From contig JBBQUX010000002.1 in the NCBI GenBank assembly GCA_038212135.1, forward strand, positions 966 through 64,965: 64,000 nt of DNA, written 5' to 3'. The translations under genes were made by a program, and so were the position numbers. Source of the DNA: Bacteroidales bacterium. GTDB taxonomy: Bacteria > Bacteroidota > Bacteroidia > Bacteroidales > UBA4417. Shown here in pieces: positions 19,732-29,333 of the stretch (its first letter is position 1; the number at the start of each line of letters is the position of its first letter). The notes beneath the pieces were generated by a model that ran no database searches, had not been told where the DNA came from, and saw only the letters and a list, made by a program, of their open reading frames with translations.

Positions 19732-20613
19732 ATGAAATTCAATACTCTGCATAGTACACTCATTCTTTCACTCTCTTTCCTCCTCCTGGTTGCGGGCTGC
19801 GGAAAAACTTCACTGGAGGAAATCCCGTCCTATCTCAAAATCGACACCATTAGCATAAGCACGACTTCATCGCAGGGAACTGCATCACAAAACGTATCCG
19901 ATGCATGGGTTTATGCCGATAATGAACTTATAGGAGCTTTTGAATTGCCGGCAAAAGTCCCTGTGCTGAGGAGCGGTTCGTCAGTTTTATCCGTTTTTGC
20001 AGGCATAAAGTTGAATGGCATTAACGAAACACGGGTTCAATACCCTTTTTATGAGCAAATTCGAAAAACAGTAACGTTTGAACGCGAAACCATAACTGAA
20101 CTAGGACATATGAAATTCGCTTATGTGGAAGGTACAAAGTTTGCATGGAAGGAGAATTTCGAGCAGGGCAATTTATCTCTCGACCCAACAGCACGCAGCG
20201 AGGTTAACTTTGTGCGTACGGCTTTACCTGAACTTGCAACTGCATTTCCTTACGAAACAAACGAGTATGCAGCCAAAGTAGTGATTGCCGCCGACACATT
20301 GGTTTTTGAATGCGTAAGCCATGATTCCTTTGAACTTCCTACCAGCGGCACTTCAGTATTTCTCGAACTGAATTATAAATCGAATAATCCCTTTACTGTC
20401 GGCCTTTTTGTGAACAGCACTGTTACAAGCCAAAGATCAGTTTTAGTAGTTAACCCGAGCAGCACGTGGAATAAAATCTATATCAACTTTACACCAACAG
20501 TAACCAATTATCCTGACGCAAACAGTTTCAGTGTGTTTTTCACAGCAATGAAAAGTACAAAAGATGAAACTGCAGAAATTCTTTTCGATAACATCAAACT
20601 TCTGCATTTCTGA
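19732..20613 (+). CDS. Lipoprotein of unknown function.
   Basis: 293 aa with an ATG start and lipobox LLLVAGCGK. It lies 40 bp after the oxidoreductase and 18 bp before the sugar transferase, so probably in the same operon. Confidence 0.6.
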   Translation: MKFNTLHSTLILSLSFLLLVAGCGKTSLEEIPSYLKIDTISISTTSSQGTASQNVSDAWVYADNELIGAFELPAKVPVLRSGSSVLSVFAGIKLNGINETRVQYPFYEQIRKTVTFERETITELGHMKFAYVEGTKFAWKENFEQGNLSLDPTARSEVNFVRTALPELATAFPYETNEYAAKVVIAADTLVFECVSHDSFELPTSGTSVFLELNYKSNNPFTVGLFVNSTVTSQRSVLVVNPSSTWNKIYINFTPTVTNYPDANSFSVFFTAMKSTKDETAEILFDNIKLLHF

Positions 20614-20630
20614 CAATTAACTGACTGATA

Positions 20631-22046
20631 ATGAACAAAAAAGTACAAACCACTAAATTTGTAATCGCTGACCTGCTTTCGGCTGCCATCGCATGGAGTG
20701 TATTTTTCTTCATGCGCAAATCAGCTGAAACACAGGCTATGCACGATACAATGCAGATTGTACTGAACGACTCTAAATTTTATATCGGTATTGTTGCAAT
20801 TCCCACATTCTGGCTTTCCCTCTATGCTATTACAGGGGCATATCACAATGTTTACCGTAAAGCCCGTATGAGTGAACTTGGTCAAACACTGTTAATTACA
20901 GTAATTGGGGTCGTAGTCATCTTTTTTGCTCTTATTCTCGACGATGTGATCCAAACATACAAAAACTATTATCACCTTTTTCTAAACCTGTTTCTTCTGC
21001 ATTTCCTGATTACAGTAACATTCAGACTAATACTTACTTCGCGCAACCTATATAAACTGAAACGCCGCGATATTGGATTCAACACCATAATTGTGGGCAG
21101 CAATGGGAATGCTATTTCAATATATAATGAAATTGAAAGCCAGCCTAAAAGTGCTTTTAACAAGTTTGTCGGCTTCGTGCACGCGGTTGAGTATCCGAGT
21201 TATAAGCTCGAAAAGCATATACCTAATCTTGGACATTTCTCCAACCTCCGCCACCTTATAACCGAAATGAGCATTGAAGAAGTGATCATTGCCACAGAGC
21301 GGTCCGAGCATAAAACCATCGAACTGATCATCTCAGAAATAGAAGATACTGATGTACTAATTAAAGTAATTCCGGATATGCAAGATTTCCTGTTGGGTAC
21401 CGTAAGGACCACCTCCATTTATCAGACGCCCCTTATACAGGTTTCGTTCGATTTTATGCCTCAGTGGCAATTAAACATGAAACGTTTTATGGATATTGTA
21501 CTTTCAGCTCTGGCAATTATTATTTTATCACCGGTTTACCTTTTTTGCATCTTTGGCGTAAAACTAACCTCTAAAGGCCCGGCTTTTTACTTTCAGGAAC
21601 GCATTGGTATAAGCGGTAAAATATTTATGATCCCGAAATTCAGATCAATGGTGATAGGAGCAGAAAACGGCACACCGATGCTTTCATCAAAAAATGATAA
21701 CAGGGTAACCTCTTTCGGCAGATTTATGCGTAAAACCCGCCTCGATGAAATTCCCCAGTTCTTTTCAGTACTCAAAGGCGATATGTCATTGGTTGGTCCA
21801 AGACCCGAAAGACAATATTTTATTGATCAGATCACACAAAGAGCACCGCACTACAGGCTTTTATTAAAGGTAAAGCCAGGCATCACTTCATGGGGTCAGG
21901 TAAAATATGGCTACGCCGAAAATGTGGATCAGATGATCGAACGCCTTAAATATGATATTCTTTATCTTGAGAATATGTCGCTGGCCATGGATATTAAAAT
22001 TATGGCCTATACGCTGCTTACAGTTATGAGGGGAAGCGGACAGTAG
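20631..22046 (+). CDS. Polyprenyl-phosphate sugar phosphotransferase (WbaP/EpsB-type initiating bacterial sugar transferase).
   Basis: 471 aa with N-terminal TM segments. The C-terminal motifs are KFRSM, RLDEIPQFFSVLKGDMSLVGPRPE and KPGITSWGQV. Confidence 0.85.
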   Translation: MNKKVQTTKFVIADLLSAAIAWSVFFFMRKSAETQAMHDTMQIVLNDSKFYIGIVAIPTFWLSLYAITGAYHNVYRKARMSELGQTLLITVIGVVVIFFALILDDVIQTYKNYYHLFLNLFLLHFLITVTFRLILTSRNLYKLKRRDIGFNTIIVGSNGNAISIYNEIESQPKSAFNKFVGFVHAVEYPSYKLEKHIPNLGHFSNLRHLITEMSIEEVIIATERSEHKTIELIISEIEDTDVLIKVIPDMQDFLLGTVRTTSIYQTPLIQVSFDFMPQWQLNMKRFMDIVLSALAIIILSPVYLFCIFGVKLTSKGPAFYFQERIGISGKIFMIPKFRSMVIGAENGTPMLSSKNDNRVTSFGRFMRKTRLDEIPQFFSVLKGDMSLVGPRPERQYFIDQITQRAPHYRLLLKVKPGITSWGQVKYGYAENVDQMIERLKYDILYLENMSLAMDIKIMAYTLLTVMRGSGQ

Positions 22047-22052
22047 GAATGA

Positions 22053-22083
22053 GGGGTTGGGGGTTAGGGGTTGGGGTGAAGGG
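22053..22083 (+). repeat. G-tract repeat GGGGTTGGGGGTTAGGGGTTGGGGTGAAGGG (telomere-like, G-quadruplex capable).
   Basis: Four runs of at least 4 G plus a fifth GGG tract, separated by 2-4 nt loops. It starts 6 bp after the sugar-transferase stop codon, on the sense strand. Confidence 0.8.
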
Positions 22084-22127
22084 ATGTTGCCGGGAGATAA
22101 AAATTAACCTAAAGATCTTAGTGTAGT

Positions 22128-22427
22128 ATGAAAGCAAAAAATTTTATTATACTAATTTCGTCACTGCTGATTTTAAGTTGTGAAAAAGAGAAATACGAAA
22201 GCAACGGAACTATTACAGGCGCGGATATGACTTTGTGCGCATGTTGCGGAGGTTATTTTATTGATATAAGCGGCACTCAATACCGCTTTGAAAAATCTGA
22301 TCTCCCCTCCGGCTTTTCGTTCGAAGATAATCTGTTGCCTTTGGCGGTTGAATTAAACTGGGATGCTAAAACTGATGTTTGCAAGGATTTTAATTGGATT
22401 AAAATATCAAAAATCAGAAAGAAATAA
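22128..22427 (+). CDS. Small lipoprotein with a C-x-C-C-G-G motif.
   Basis: 99 aa with an ATG start, lipobox LLILSC and the motif MTLCACCGGYFIDI. It lies in an AT-rich islet. Function is unknown. Confidence 0.55.
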   Translation: MKAKNFIILISSLLILSCEKEKYESNGTITGADMTLCACCGGYFIDISGTQYRFEKSDLPSGFSFEDNLLPLAVELNWDAKTDVCKDFNWIKISKIRKK

Positions 22428-22442
22428 GTATTCCATTATTAA

Positions 22443-23065
22443 TCAGATCATTATGCTGTATTTGACGAAACAGACTTTGAAACGATCCTTCGCTATTATC
22501 CTTCTATCGGATACATTATTGCTTGCTTTTTTCATGCAGGAAAAGAAGACCCTATTCCCATTACCGGGGATTATCTGCCGTTACAGGTAGGGAATTATTG
22601 GGAAATGGAACATCAGGTAAAGTTCTCCTTAGTTGGAATCAGATATTTTAACAACAGGTTATACTATACTTATTGAAGGAACCAATACAAGTTATTACAG
22701 AAATTCCTCTGATAAGATTTATTTGAGGCACACCTCAGGAAGTGAATCTGTAAAATTCAATCTCAATGCACAGATTGGTGATTTCTGGGAATTTCAGGAT
22801 GGTGGAACTACATGGATAGTTGGAATGTGTAGTAAAACGGATACAATAACAATTAACAACACGAAAATTCCGAATTGCTATCGATTCTGTTTCGATATAC
22901 CAATGTCAGTGGGATGCAGCATATAGTATCTGGCTTGCACCTGGAATTGGATTTGCAGAGATGGCTTTCAGTTTATCTCCATATCCAAACATCCTTCTCC
23001 TTCGAGGAAAAATTGATAACCAGACCATTACTTTTCCGTACGAATATAAAATCCTATTCCAATGA
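22443..23065 (+). pseudogene. Degraded gene needing three frame changes (frames 1>0>1>2) to read through.
   Basis: The pieces are MLYLTKQTLKRSFAIILLSDTLLLAFF (ATG 22453), then ..EDPIPITGDYLPLQVGNYWEMEHQ..RYFNNRLYYTY*, then ..IEGTNTSYYRNSSDKIYLR...NCYRFCFDIPMSVG.., then ..DAAYSIWLAPGIGFAEMAF...YEYKILFQ*. The last stop overlaps the next gene start in an ATGA (23062-23065). This argues that the last segment was once a translated gene end. Confidence 0.5.
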
Positions 23066-23478
23066 AAATACTGATTCAATTTTTAGTTTTAGCGATTGCA
23101 CTGATTTCGTGTAATCAACAGTCGGCTGATTGCGGCGACCCTGGCTCCTTCAGTTGTGATCTGAAACTTACGGATATGAATGGGAATTTATTGATCGGAA
23201 CAAGCTATTTCCAGGATTCGATATCGCTTACAGTGAATAAAGCATTTATTCCGATATACTTCATCAACGGAGTAATCATGTTCAACTTTGCAGGACTGGA
23301 GTCTATCAATAATTCAGATTACATATTAAGGCTAAATAAAAATGAGTCTGACACCTTACATATTTTTGTCAGGAAATTTGAAACTGAGTGCTGGACAGGA
23401 TATACTATTGATACGCTGAAATATAACAATCAAATTATTGAGACACATCAGGAAAATAAGTATACCGTTAGAAAGTGA
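23062..23478 (+). CDS. Small lipoprotein of unknown function.
   Basis: 138 aa with an ATG start and lipobox LAIALISCNQQ, in the AT-rich islet. Confidence 0.55.
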   Translation: MKILIQFLVLAIALISCNQQSADCGDPGSFSCDLKLTDMNGNLLIGTSYFQDSISLTVNKAFIPIYFINGVIMFNFAGLESINNSDYILRLNKNESDTLHIFVRKFETECWTGYTIDTLKYNNQIIETHQENKYTVRK

Positions 23479-23524
23479 ATTTTATTATTGAAGCTGAGGG
23501 CAATTATACAACCTGACTAAATTA

Positions 23525-24121
23525 TTATATCACTCCATTCTCGATCATCAGCACAATACGCTCAATGTCGGCATCAGCCCCCAGAGGATCGTATTTCACT
23601 TTAAGGTTATAACCGAATATTCGCGCAAATGACTGATAGAAGAATGCCCTGAAACGTCCACGAAATTCCTTCACGATATCATAGGAACAGTTACTCGTTT
23701 GCCTGTCAATCAGTTTTAAAAGTATTTTGCCCTGTGTATTGGTAAGGTCTTTCAACTCATTGCCAAACTGAGCCTCAAGTTCGTCCTCAGCTTGTTTCAT
23801 CATATCTTTTTTCACTTTCTCGCTCTTCACACCGGCCATTTTCTGGTTATACTCATTAAACTTAATGCCAGCCAGTTTGGCATACGGATATGTCTTTTTA
23901 ACGTTCCTCACTAACCGCTCCCATTGCTTCGATTCGGCTGAGTTACGAAAAGATTTATTTCCCCAAATGTAGATTTCGTCGTAGTAAATAATGGGAATAG
24001 TATCACCATCCACAACAATAGCCGAACAGTGATAACCTTCGGCATCGTGCGGATTTAGTATTCCCTGTGCTGAAATGAGGAAGGGTACTAAAGCAAGTAA
24101 ACCAACCAATATAAACTTCAT
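23525..24121 (-). CDS. Secreted conserved Bacteroidota protein, DUF4294-like.
   Basis: 198 aa with a signal peptide. The blocks VKKTYPYAKLAG, LKDLTNTQGKILLKLIDRQT and FGYNLKVKYDP match my memory of the DUF4294 family. This was not verified by search. Confidence 0.55.
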   Translation of the reverse strand: MKFILVGLLALVPFLISAQGILNPHDAEGYHCSAIVVDGDTIPIIYYDEIYIWGNKSFRNSAESKQWERLVRNVKKTYPYAKLAGIKFNEYNQKMAGVKSEKVKKDMMKQAEDELEAQFGNELKDLTNTQGKILLKLIDRQTSNCSYDIVKEFRGRFRAFFYQSFARIFGYNLKVKYDPLGADADIERIVLMIENGVI

Positions 24122-24280
24122 GGTACAGTTTTTAATTGAAGTGATTCAATAATTATGCCATAGTAATAACAATGATAAAGACATTTTTATTGGATGAACC
24201 TGAAAATTTCCCGCAAACGTATTTGCTGCCTGAGTTTAGCCACATTTTAATGTAACTGGTGCGTATAAGGAAACAAGTCT

Positions 24281-24472
24281 GAAATGAGTTTTGCCCACGC
24301 TCACCCCTTTGCTTCGGCTCAGCTCAGGCAGCCGGAAAGGGAGAGTCCTCGCGCACAGAGCATTGAGTTTTGCCTGCCAAACATAAAGTTAAAGAAAATG
24401 AGCATTTTTACGTAAAATGATGGGTTTTCCCAAGTGACACTAACTAATAATACAACCTGAAGTTGAGCGAAA
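24281..24472 (+). repeat. Copy B of the dispersed element of about 195 bp.
   Basis: See copy A (16101-16300). Both copies have the same orientation and both lie between minus-strand genes. Confidence 0.8.
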
Positions 24473-24502
24473 TCCGAAATCCAGAATCCGAATTCCGAAA
24501 TC
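24468..24502 (+). repeat. Five tandem heptamers CGAAATC/CAGAATC/CGAATTC.
   Basis: The array reads CGAAATC CGAAATC CAGAATC CGAATTC CGAAATC. It ends 4 bp from the clpX stop codon (24507-24509). Confidence 0.8.
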
Positions 24503-24506
24503 TTTA

Positions 24507-25742
24507 TCAAGCTACTTTAAGCCTTGCAATATTGGTTTTACCAAGTTTATCTGAGGCGTATTCCCTGTTAATCAGCAACTCCGAATGTTTTCCCTGCGAA
24601 GGAATTTCGAACATAGCATCGGTAAGAATGGCTTCGAGTATTGAGCGCAAGCCACGGGCTCCGGTACGAAACTCGAGTGCTTTATCTACAATAAACTCGA
24701 GTACATCATCTGTAAAACTGAGTTTCACATTATCCATTTCGAACAGGCGGACGAACTGTTTTATCAGTGCGTTCTGCGGTTCGGTAAGGATGCGGATCAG
24801 CACTTCGCGGCTAAGCGGATTCAGGTAGGTTACCACCGGAAAACGGCCCACCAGTTCGGGTATAAGGCCAAAGCTCTTTAAATCCTGGGGAGCAACATAC
24901 TGCAGCAGGTTATGATGATCAATGGCATCTTTTTCACGATCAGTGGAATACCCTATAACATTAGTCTGCATACGTGCAGCTATTTTTTTATCAATACCGT
25001 CGAAAGCACCGCCTGATACAAAAAGAATATTACGGGTATTTACAAGTATCATTTTTTGTTCGGGATGCTTACGTCCGCCCTGGGGAGGAACATTTACTTC
25101 GGCACCTTCGAGCAATTTGAGCAAGGCTTGCTGCACGCCTTCGCCCGAAACATCACGGGTTATTGAAGGGTTATCACTTTTGCGTGCGATTTTATCAATT
25201 TCATCAATAAATACAATGCCTTTTTCAGCGGCTGCCACGTTGTAGTCGGCAGCCTGAAGCAGGCGGCTTAAAATGCTTTCAACATCTTCGCCAACATAAC
25301 CGGCTTCGGTGAGTACGGTTGCATCGGCAATACAGAAAGGAACCTGCAGGAGTTTTGCAATGGTACGTGCCAGTAAGGTTTTCCCTGTACCTGTTTCACC
25401 AACAAGGATAATGTTTGATTTATCAATCTCAACCTCATCTTTTGATTTCGATGGCGCCTGGTTGATACGTTTATAATGATTGTAAACTGCTACAGCAAGT
25501 ACACGTTTCGAATCATCCTGACCAATAACAAATTTATCAAGGTAAGTCTTGATCTCCTGTGGCTTGGGTGTATCGAGCGGTTTATTGTCCGTTTGCTTGG
25601 TATGCTTGATTTCTTCTCGCATAATTTCCCTGGCCTGGTCAATGCAATAATCACAGATATGTGCTTCGAGGCCGGCAATCAGTATGTTGGTTTCGCGCTT
25701 TGGGCGTCCACAAAAGGAGCAGCGTTCTTCTTTCTTTGTCAT
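24507..25742 (-). CDS. clpX: ATP-dependent Clp protease ATP-binding subunit ClpX.
   Basis: Zinc-finger CSFCGRPK...HICDYC, Walker A GETGTGKT, and ClpX sequence throughout. The track start at 25769 is TTG; the ATG at 25742 ([12 protein letters not shown]) is preferred. Confidence 0.95.
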   Translation of the reverse strand: MTKKEERCSFCGRPKRETNILIAGLEAHICDYCIDQAREIMREEIKHTKQTDNKPLDTPKPQEIKTYLDKFVIGQDDSKRVLAVAVYNHYKRINQAPSKSKDEVEIDKSNIILVGETGTGKTLLARTIAKLLQVPFCIADATVLTEAGYVGEDVESILSRLLQAADYNVAAAEKGIVFIDEIDKIARKSDNPSITRDVSGEGVQQALLKLLEGAEVNVPPQGGRKHPEQKMILVNTRNILFVSGGAFDGIDKKIAARMQTNVIGYSTDREKDAIDHHNLLQYVAPQDLKSFGLIPELVGRFPVVTYLNPLSREVLIRILTEPQNALIKQFVRLFEMDNVKLSFTDDVLEFIVDKALEFRTGARGLRSILEAILTDAMFEIPSQGKHSELLINREYASDKLGKTNIARLKVA

Positions 25743-25835
25743 AATCAAGGTATTAAAAATGTCCGGCAACTTGTTTCAAAAACAAAAGCCGGGAAGGCAA
25801 ATCAAGACTATTTGATAATTAATAGCCTACAAAGT

Positions 25836-25879
25836 GTAAAGTTATAAAAAAATCCGGCAAAAGTGAAAGTTTGATTTAC
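25836..25879 (-). terminator. Possible intrinsic terminator or attenuator between clpP and clpX.
   Basis: On the minus strand TCCGGCAA...(21-nt loop)...TTGCCGGA forms an 8-bp stem followed by T7. The large loop lowers confidence. Confidence 0.4.
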
Positions 25880-25909
25880 TCTTGCCGGAAGCTAATTTTT
25901 AATCGGTGT

Positions 25910-26587
25910 CTATTTAGTCTCCCTGAACAGAAGTTCGTCAATCATTCCGTATGCTTTGGCCTCTTCGGCAGTCATCCAGTAATCGCGGTCCGAATCTTTT
26001 TCAATTTTCCTGAAAGTCTGCCCGCTATGCGAAGCAATTATCTCATACAATTCCTTTTTCAGTTTCAGGATTTCGCGTGTGGTAATCTCGATATCCGAAG
26101 CTTGTCCTTCGGCTCCGCCCATCGGCTGGTGGATGAGAATACGTGAATGTTTCAAAGCGGTACGTTTGCCTTTCTGGCCTGCGCAAAGTAAAACAGCTCC
26201 CATCGAAGCAGCCATACCGGTACAGATCGTGGCTACATCAGGAGCTATATACTGCATCGTATCATAAATCCCCAGGCCGGCATATACCGAACCTCCGGGT
26301 GTATTCAGGTAAATCTGTATATCGCGTTTCGAATCAACCGATTCGAGGAAAAGCAGCTGAGCCTGGATAATATTGGCAACATAATCATCAATAGGAACGC
26401 CAAGGAAAATGATTCGGTCCATCATTAAACGCGAGAAAACATCCATAGTGGCAATGTTCAGCTGGCGCTCTTCGATAATGGTTGGCGAGATATATCCCTG
26501 CGAAACAGATGCGTACCTGTTCAGCGAAGTACTGCTGATACCGCGGTGTTGAACGGCATATTTGCGAAATTCGTTGTGCATGTTCAT
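25910..26587 (-). CDS. clpP: ATP-dependent Clp protease proteolytic subunit ClpP.
   Basis: 225 aa with catalytic-site contexts GMAASMGA and ILIHQPMGG. It starts 3 bp after the tig stop. Confidence 0.95.
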   Translation of the reverse strand: MNMHNEFRKYAVQHRGISSTSLNRYASVSQGYISPTIIEERQLNIATMDVFSRLMMDRIIFLGVPIDDYVANIIQAQLLFLESVDSKRDIQIYLNTPGGSVYAGLGIYDTMQYIAPDVATICTGMAASMGAVLLCAGQKGKRTALKHSRILIHQPMGGAEGQASDIEITTREILKLKKELYEIIASHSGQTFRKIEKDSDRDYWMTAEEAKAYGMIDELLFRETK

Positions 26588-26590
26588 ATT

Positions 26591-27952
26591 TTAGTGTTTT
26601 TCAGCGTCTAATTTAACAAATTCGTCATAACTGATTTCTTTTTCAACCAGTTTAACTTTCGACTTGATGTAAGCATTCACTCTTTGTCCGTATAGTGAAT
26701 CAACAATACGGCGTGTTTCGCTTGGCTTGTCTTTCAGGAATGAATCAGCAATGGTTTCGAGCCTTTCCATAAGGTCTTCGGTAAGTTGCATGGTACGCCA
26801 GCCCTGGAGATAATAATCCTTTACGTAATCTTTGATTTCCTGGTCAGCTATTTCAATTCCGGCTTCCTTTATGATTTTGTTCTCGATCAGCTGCCACTTC
26901 ATTCCTTCGGCATATTTGTGGTAATCGCGGTCAATTTCCTCTTCTGATAATTTCCCTTCGTTACTTTCGACCAGCCAACGTTTCATAAACGCATCCGGAA
27001 GCGGAATGTTTACGGTTTCGACCAGTTTTTCCTGCGAATGGTGTGCGAAAAGATGCTCGCTGTCAGCTACAAAAGCCCTTTCTGATTCATCCTGTATTTT
27101 GTTGCGAAAATCCTTTTCGGTAGTGATGCCCGACTCAGGGAAAACTTTTTCGAAGAATTCCTCATTCATTTCGGCAGGGCTTATGGTTGTGATCTCGGTA
27201 ATTGCGAAACTAAAATCGGAATCAAGTCCTTCGGCTTCTGATTTATCAATTCCAAGCATGGCTGCTACTTCAACAGAGGTACGCGTAGCTTTTGCAGGAT
27301 TGAAAACTATAGTATCACCTGCCATTGAACCAATAAATTTTGCTTTTAAATCTTCAGCGGCAATGCTGTCAATTGAAAGCCTTGAACTATGCGATATGCC
27401 GTTTTCGAGTATGTTACCCTCTGTATCCAACTGTTTAAAATCCCCAAAAAGCACATCATTTGCTCCGGCTTCTTCAGGATTGGTAGTATTGCCAAATCGC
27501 TGACGCATATCGTCAACGTATTTGTCGATCATGGAATCGTCAACTTTAATTACATGATAATCAATGGCAAGTGTTTGGTCAAGACCTACTTCGAAGGAAG
27601 GAGCCAGTCCGAGATCGAAGAAAAATTCGATATCCTGTTCATCTGCGAAACTGAACTGTTTGGTAAGATCCATATTGGGCAATGGCTGTCCAAGTATTTC
27701 GAGTTTTTCGTCAACGATATATGTGTTCAGTTTATCCGAAACCAGTTTATTCACTTCGTCAGCAAAAACATTGCTCCCGTATAGTTTTTTAATCATACCG
27801 AAAGGTACGTGACCCGGGCGAAATCCCGGAACATTAGCCTTGCGCTGGTAGTCTTTTAAAATTTTGGTAACATTTTCTTGGTGGTCAGCCGGGCTGATCA
27901 CCATTTTTACAGTTGCGGTCAATTCGCCGGTATTTTCCCTGGTAATTTCCAT
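26591..27952 (-). CDS. tig: Trigger factor.
   Basis: Trigger-factor N-terminus with GFRPGHVP and the conserved tig-clpP-clpX order. The track start is TTG at 28015; the ATG at 27952 (MEITRENTGELTA) is preferred. Confidence 0.9.
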   Translation of the reverse strand: MEITRENTGELTATVKMVISPADHQENVTKILKDYQRKANVPGFRPGHVPFGMIKKLYGSNVFADEVNKLVSDKLNTYIVDEKLEILGQPLPNMDLTKQFSFADEQDIEFFFDLGLAPSFEVGLDQTLAIDYHVIKVDDSMIDKYVDDMRQRFGNTTNPEEAGANDVLFGDFKQLDTEGNILENGISHSSRLSIDSIAAEDLKAKFIGSMAGDTIVFNPAKATRTSVEVAAMLGIDKSEAEGLDSDFSFAITEITTISPAEMNEEFFEKVFPESGITTEKDFRNKIQDESERAFVADSEHLFAHHSQEKLVETVNIPLPDAFMKRWLVESNEGKLSEEEIDRDYHKYAEGMKWQLIENKIIKEAGIEIADQEIKDYVKDYYLQGWRTMQLTEDLMERLETIADSFLKDKPSETRRIVDSLYGQRVNAYIKSKVKLVEKEISYDEFVKLDAEKH

Positions 27953-28185
27953 GGTATTAATAAAAGATGAGTTTGATAATCTGTATTTTATTGATTTTCT
28001 GATACTTATTGTCAATCTGAATGTATAACAAATAAGTTTGCAAAGGTATAATTTTTAATGATCTAAACTAAGAAACTGTAGAAATTATCTTTGAGAGATC
28101 CGGCATAAATACAGGTGCTTGGAGTCAGACCCATGGTATTAATATATCACGTTTTTTTTCACTTAGTAACATCTGGGTTCATTTT

Positions 28186-28389
28186 TCAATTCGAGCCAGT
28201 GCTGAAATTTGCATTGACATAAACAGCAATTCCGACGATAGTATTGGTTAACGAATCGGGAATAAGAAGAGCTTTTTTGTCAGTTATGGAATACTCATTC
28301 ACCATCGGCTTTTGTTTAACAGAAGTCTTCTGAGCGCTAACGGCAAGGGCAAATACAAGAATTACAAAGATAAGTTTAGCTTGTTTCAT
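28186..28389 (-). CDS. Possible small secreted protein (67 aa).
   Basis: The ATG at 28389 gives MKQAKLIFVILVFALAVSAQ, which is signal-like. There is no other support and it lies in an AT-rich region. Confidence 0.3.
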   Translation of the reverse strand: MKQAKLIFVILVFALAVSAQKTSVKQKPMVNEYSITDKKALLIPDSLTNTIVGIAVYVNANFSTGSN

Positions 28390-28556
28390 ATTGTTAAGTT
28401 CGGGGTTGAATAGTTGATATATGGAATAGTTTAGTGGTTTTATTTCAGTGAACTCGTTTGCAGGCCAATTCAAAAATCTGACATCCTGGTATTGAATTTT
28501 AATTTGATTCAACTCTGCACAAACCGACTTTTACTCATAATGTCATAGTATTGGGC

Positions 28557-28586
28557 AAAAAAAAACCTGAGCCAGCTGACTCAGAG
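28557..28586 (-). terminator. Intrinsic terminator of the pentapeptide-repeat gene.
   Basis: The minus strand reads CTCTGAGTCAGCTGGCTCAGG (near-palindrome) followed by T9. It lies about 145 nt after the stop at 28730. Confidence 0.55.
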
Positions 28587-28729
28587 TGTAAAACTAATTT
28601 TTTTTCGCTTTCAAAGACGTTATTTACCCAAAAGAATAAAACATGGAATTATTTTTTCGCCGCCATAGAATATCCAGATACTGATAAGAAGGCGCATTTT
28701 CGTTACAATTTGTTTTACTTTTTTACAGG

Positions 28730-29302
28730 CTATTCTATTTCGATGTTATACCTGGCAAGCAAACCCAGTACTCCAGGTAACGAAAATTTAGCCTTCTTAA
28801 TCCTATTCAGTTCCGGATCAATGGTATAATTGAAGGCAGTTCGGAAATCAGCTTTTTCGAGTATTGAATTTGCAAAAATTGAACGATGAAGGTCACAGTT
28901 TTCAAATTTTGCACCTGTAAGATCTGTTTCAGTGAAATCAATCTCCTTCAGAATGCAGTTATGAAACCGGATATTTTTCAATTTCATTTTGTAAAAAGAC
29001 GACAGGCTAATATAGCATTCTTCGAAATCGAGTAACAGAAGGAAACTATTACACTCGGAGAAATTCAATCCAAGCAACTTACATTTCCTGAATTTTACAT
29101 CTTTGAAAGAGGTATTTCTGATTTTCGAATTGCTGAAATTACAATTATTGAATTCGCAATCAGTAAACGAGATATTGGAAATATCGGAATCGGAGAAATT
29201 GCAATTCTCAAAGGTTGAATTCTCGATTTCTTTATGCGGCATTTTTTTGCCTGAATAATCGACGCGTTCAAAGAGGGTGTTTTCGTGGTTTCGGGAAGCC
29301 AT
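28730..29302 (-). CDS. Pentapeptide-repeat protein (Qnr/MfpA-like fold).
   Basis: About 190 aa. It contains continuous A(D/N)LxF-type pentapeptides: FENCNFSDSDISNISFTDCEFNNCNFSNSKIRNTSFKDVKFRKCKLLGLNFSECN and later FHNCILKEIDFTETDLTGAKFENCDLHRSIFANSILEKADF. The ATG at 29302 is preferred over the TTG at 29308. Confidence 0.8.
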   Translation of the reverse strand: MASRNHENTLFERVDYSGKKMPHKEIENSTFENCNFSDSDISNISFTDCEFNNCNFSNSKIRNTSFKDVKFRKCKLLGLNFSECNSFLLLLDFEECYISLSSFYKMKLKNIRFHNCILKEIDFTETDLTGAKFENCDLHRSIFANSILEKADFRTAFNYTIDPELNRIKKAKFSLPGVLGLLARYNIEIE

Positions 29303-29333
29303 TTCCAATAGACCTTTATTAGTTTACTATTAG

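Noticed and set aside
28551-28829. 92-aa plus-strand ORF between the small-ORF region and the pentapeptide gene.
   Set aside because: It starts at TTG, spans the terminator hairpin and overlaps the pentapeptide gene 3-prime end in antisense. It has no signal or motif.
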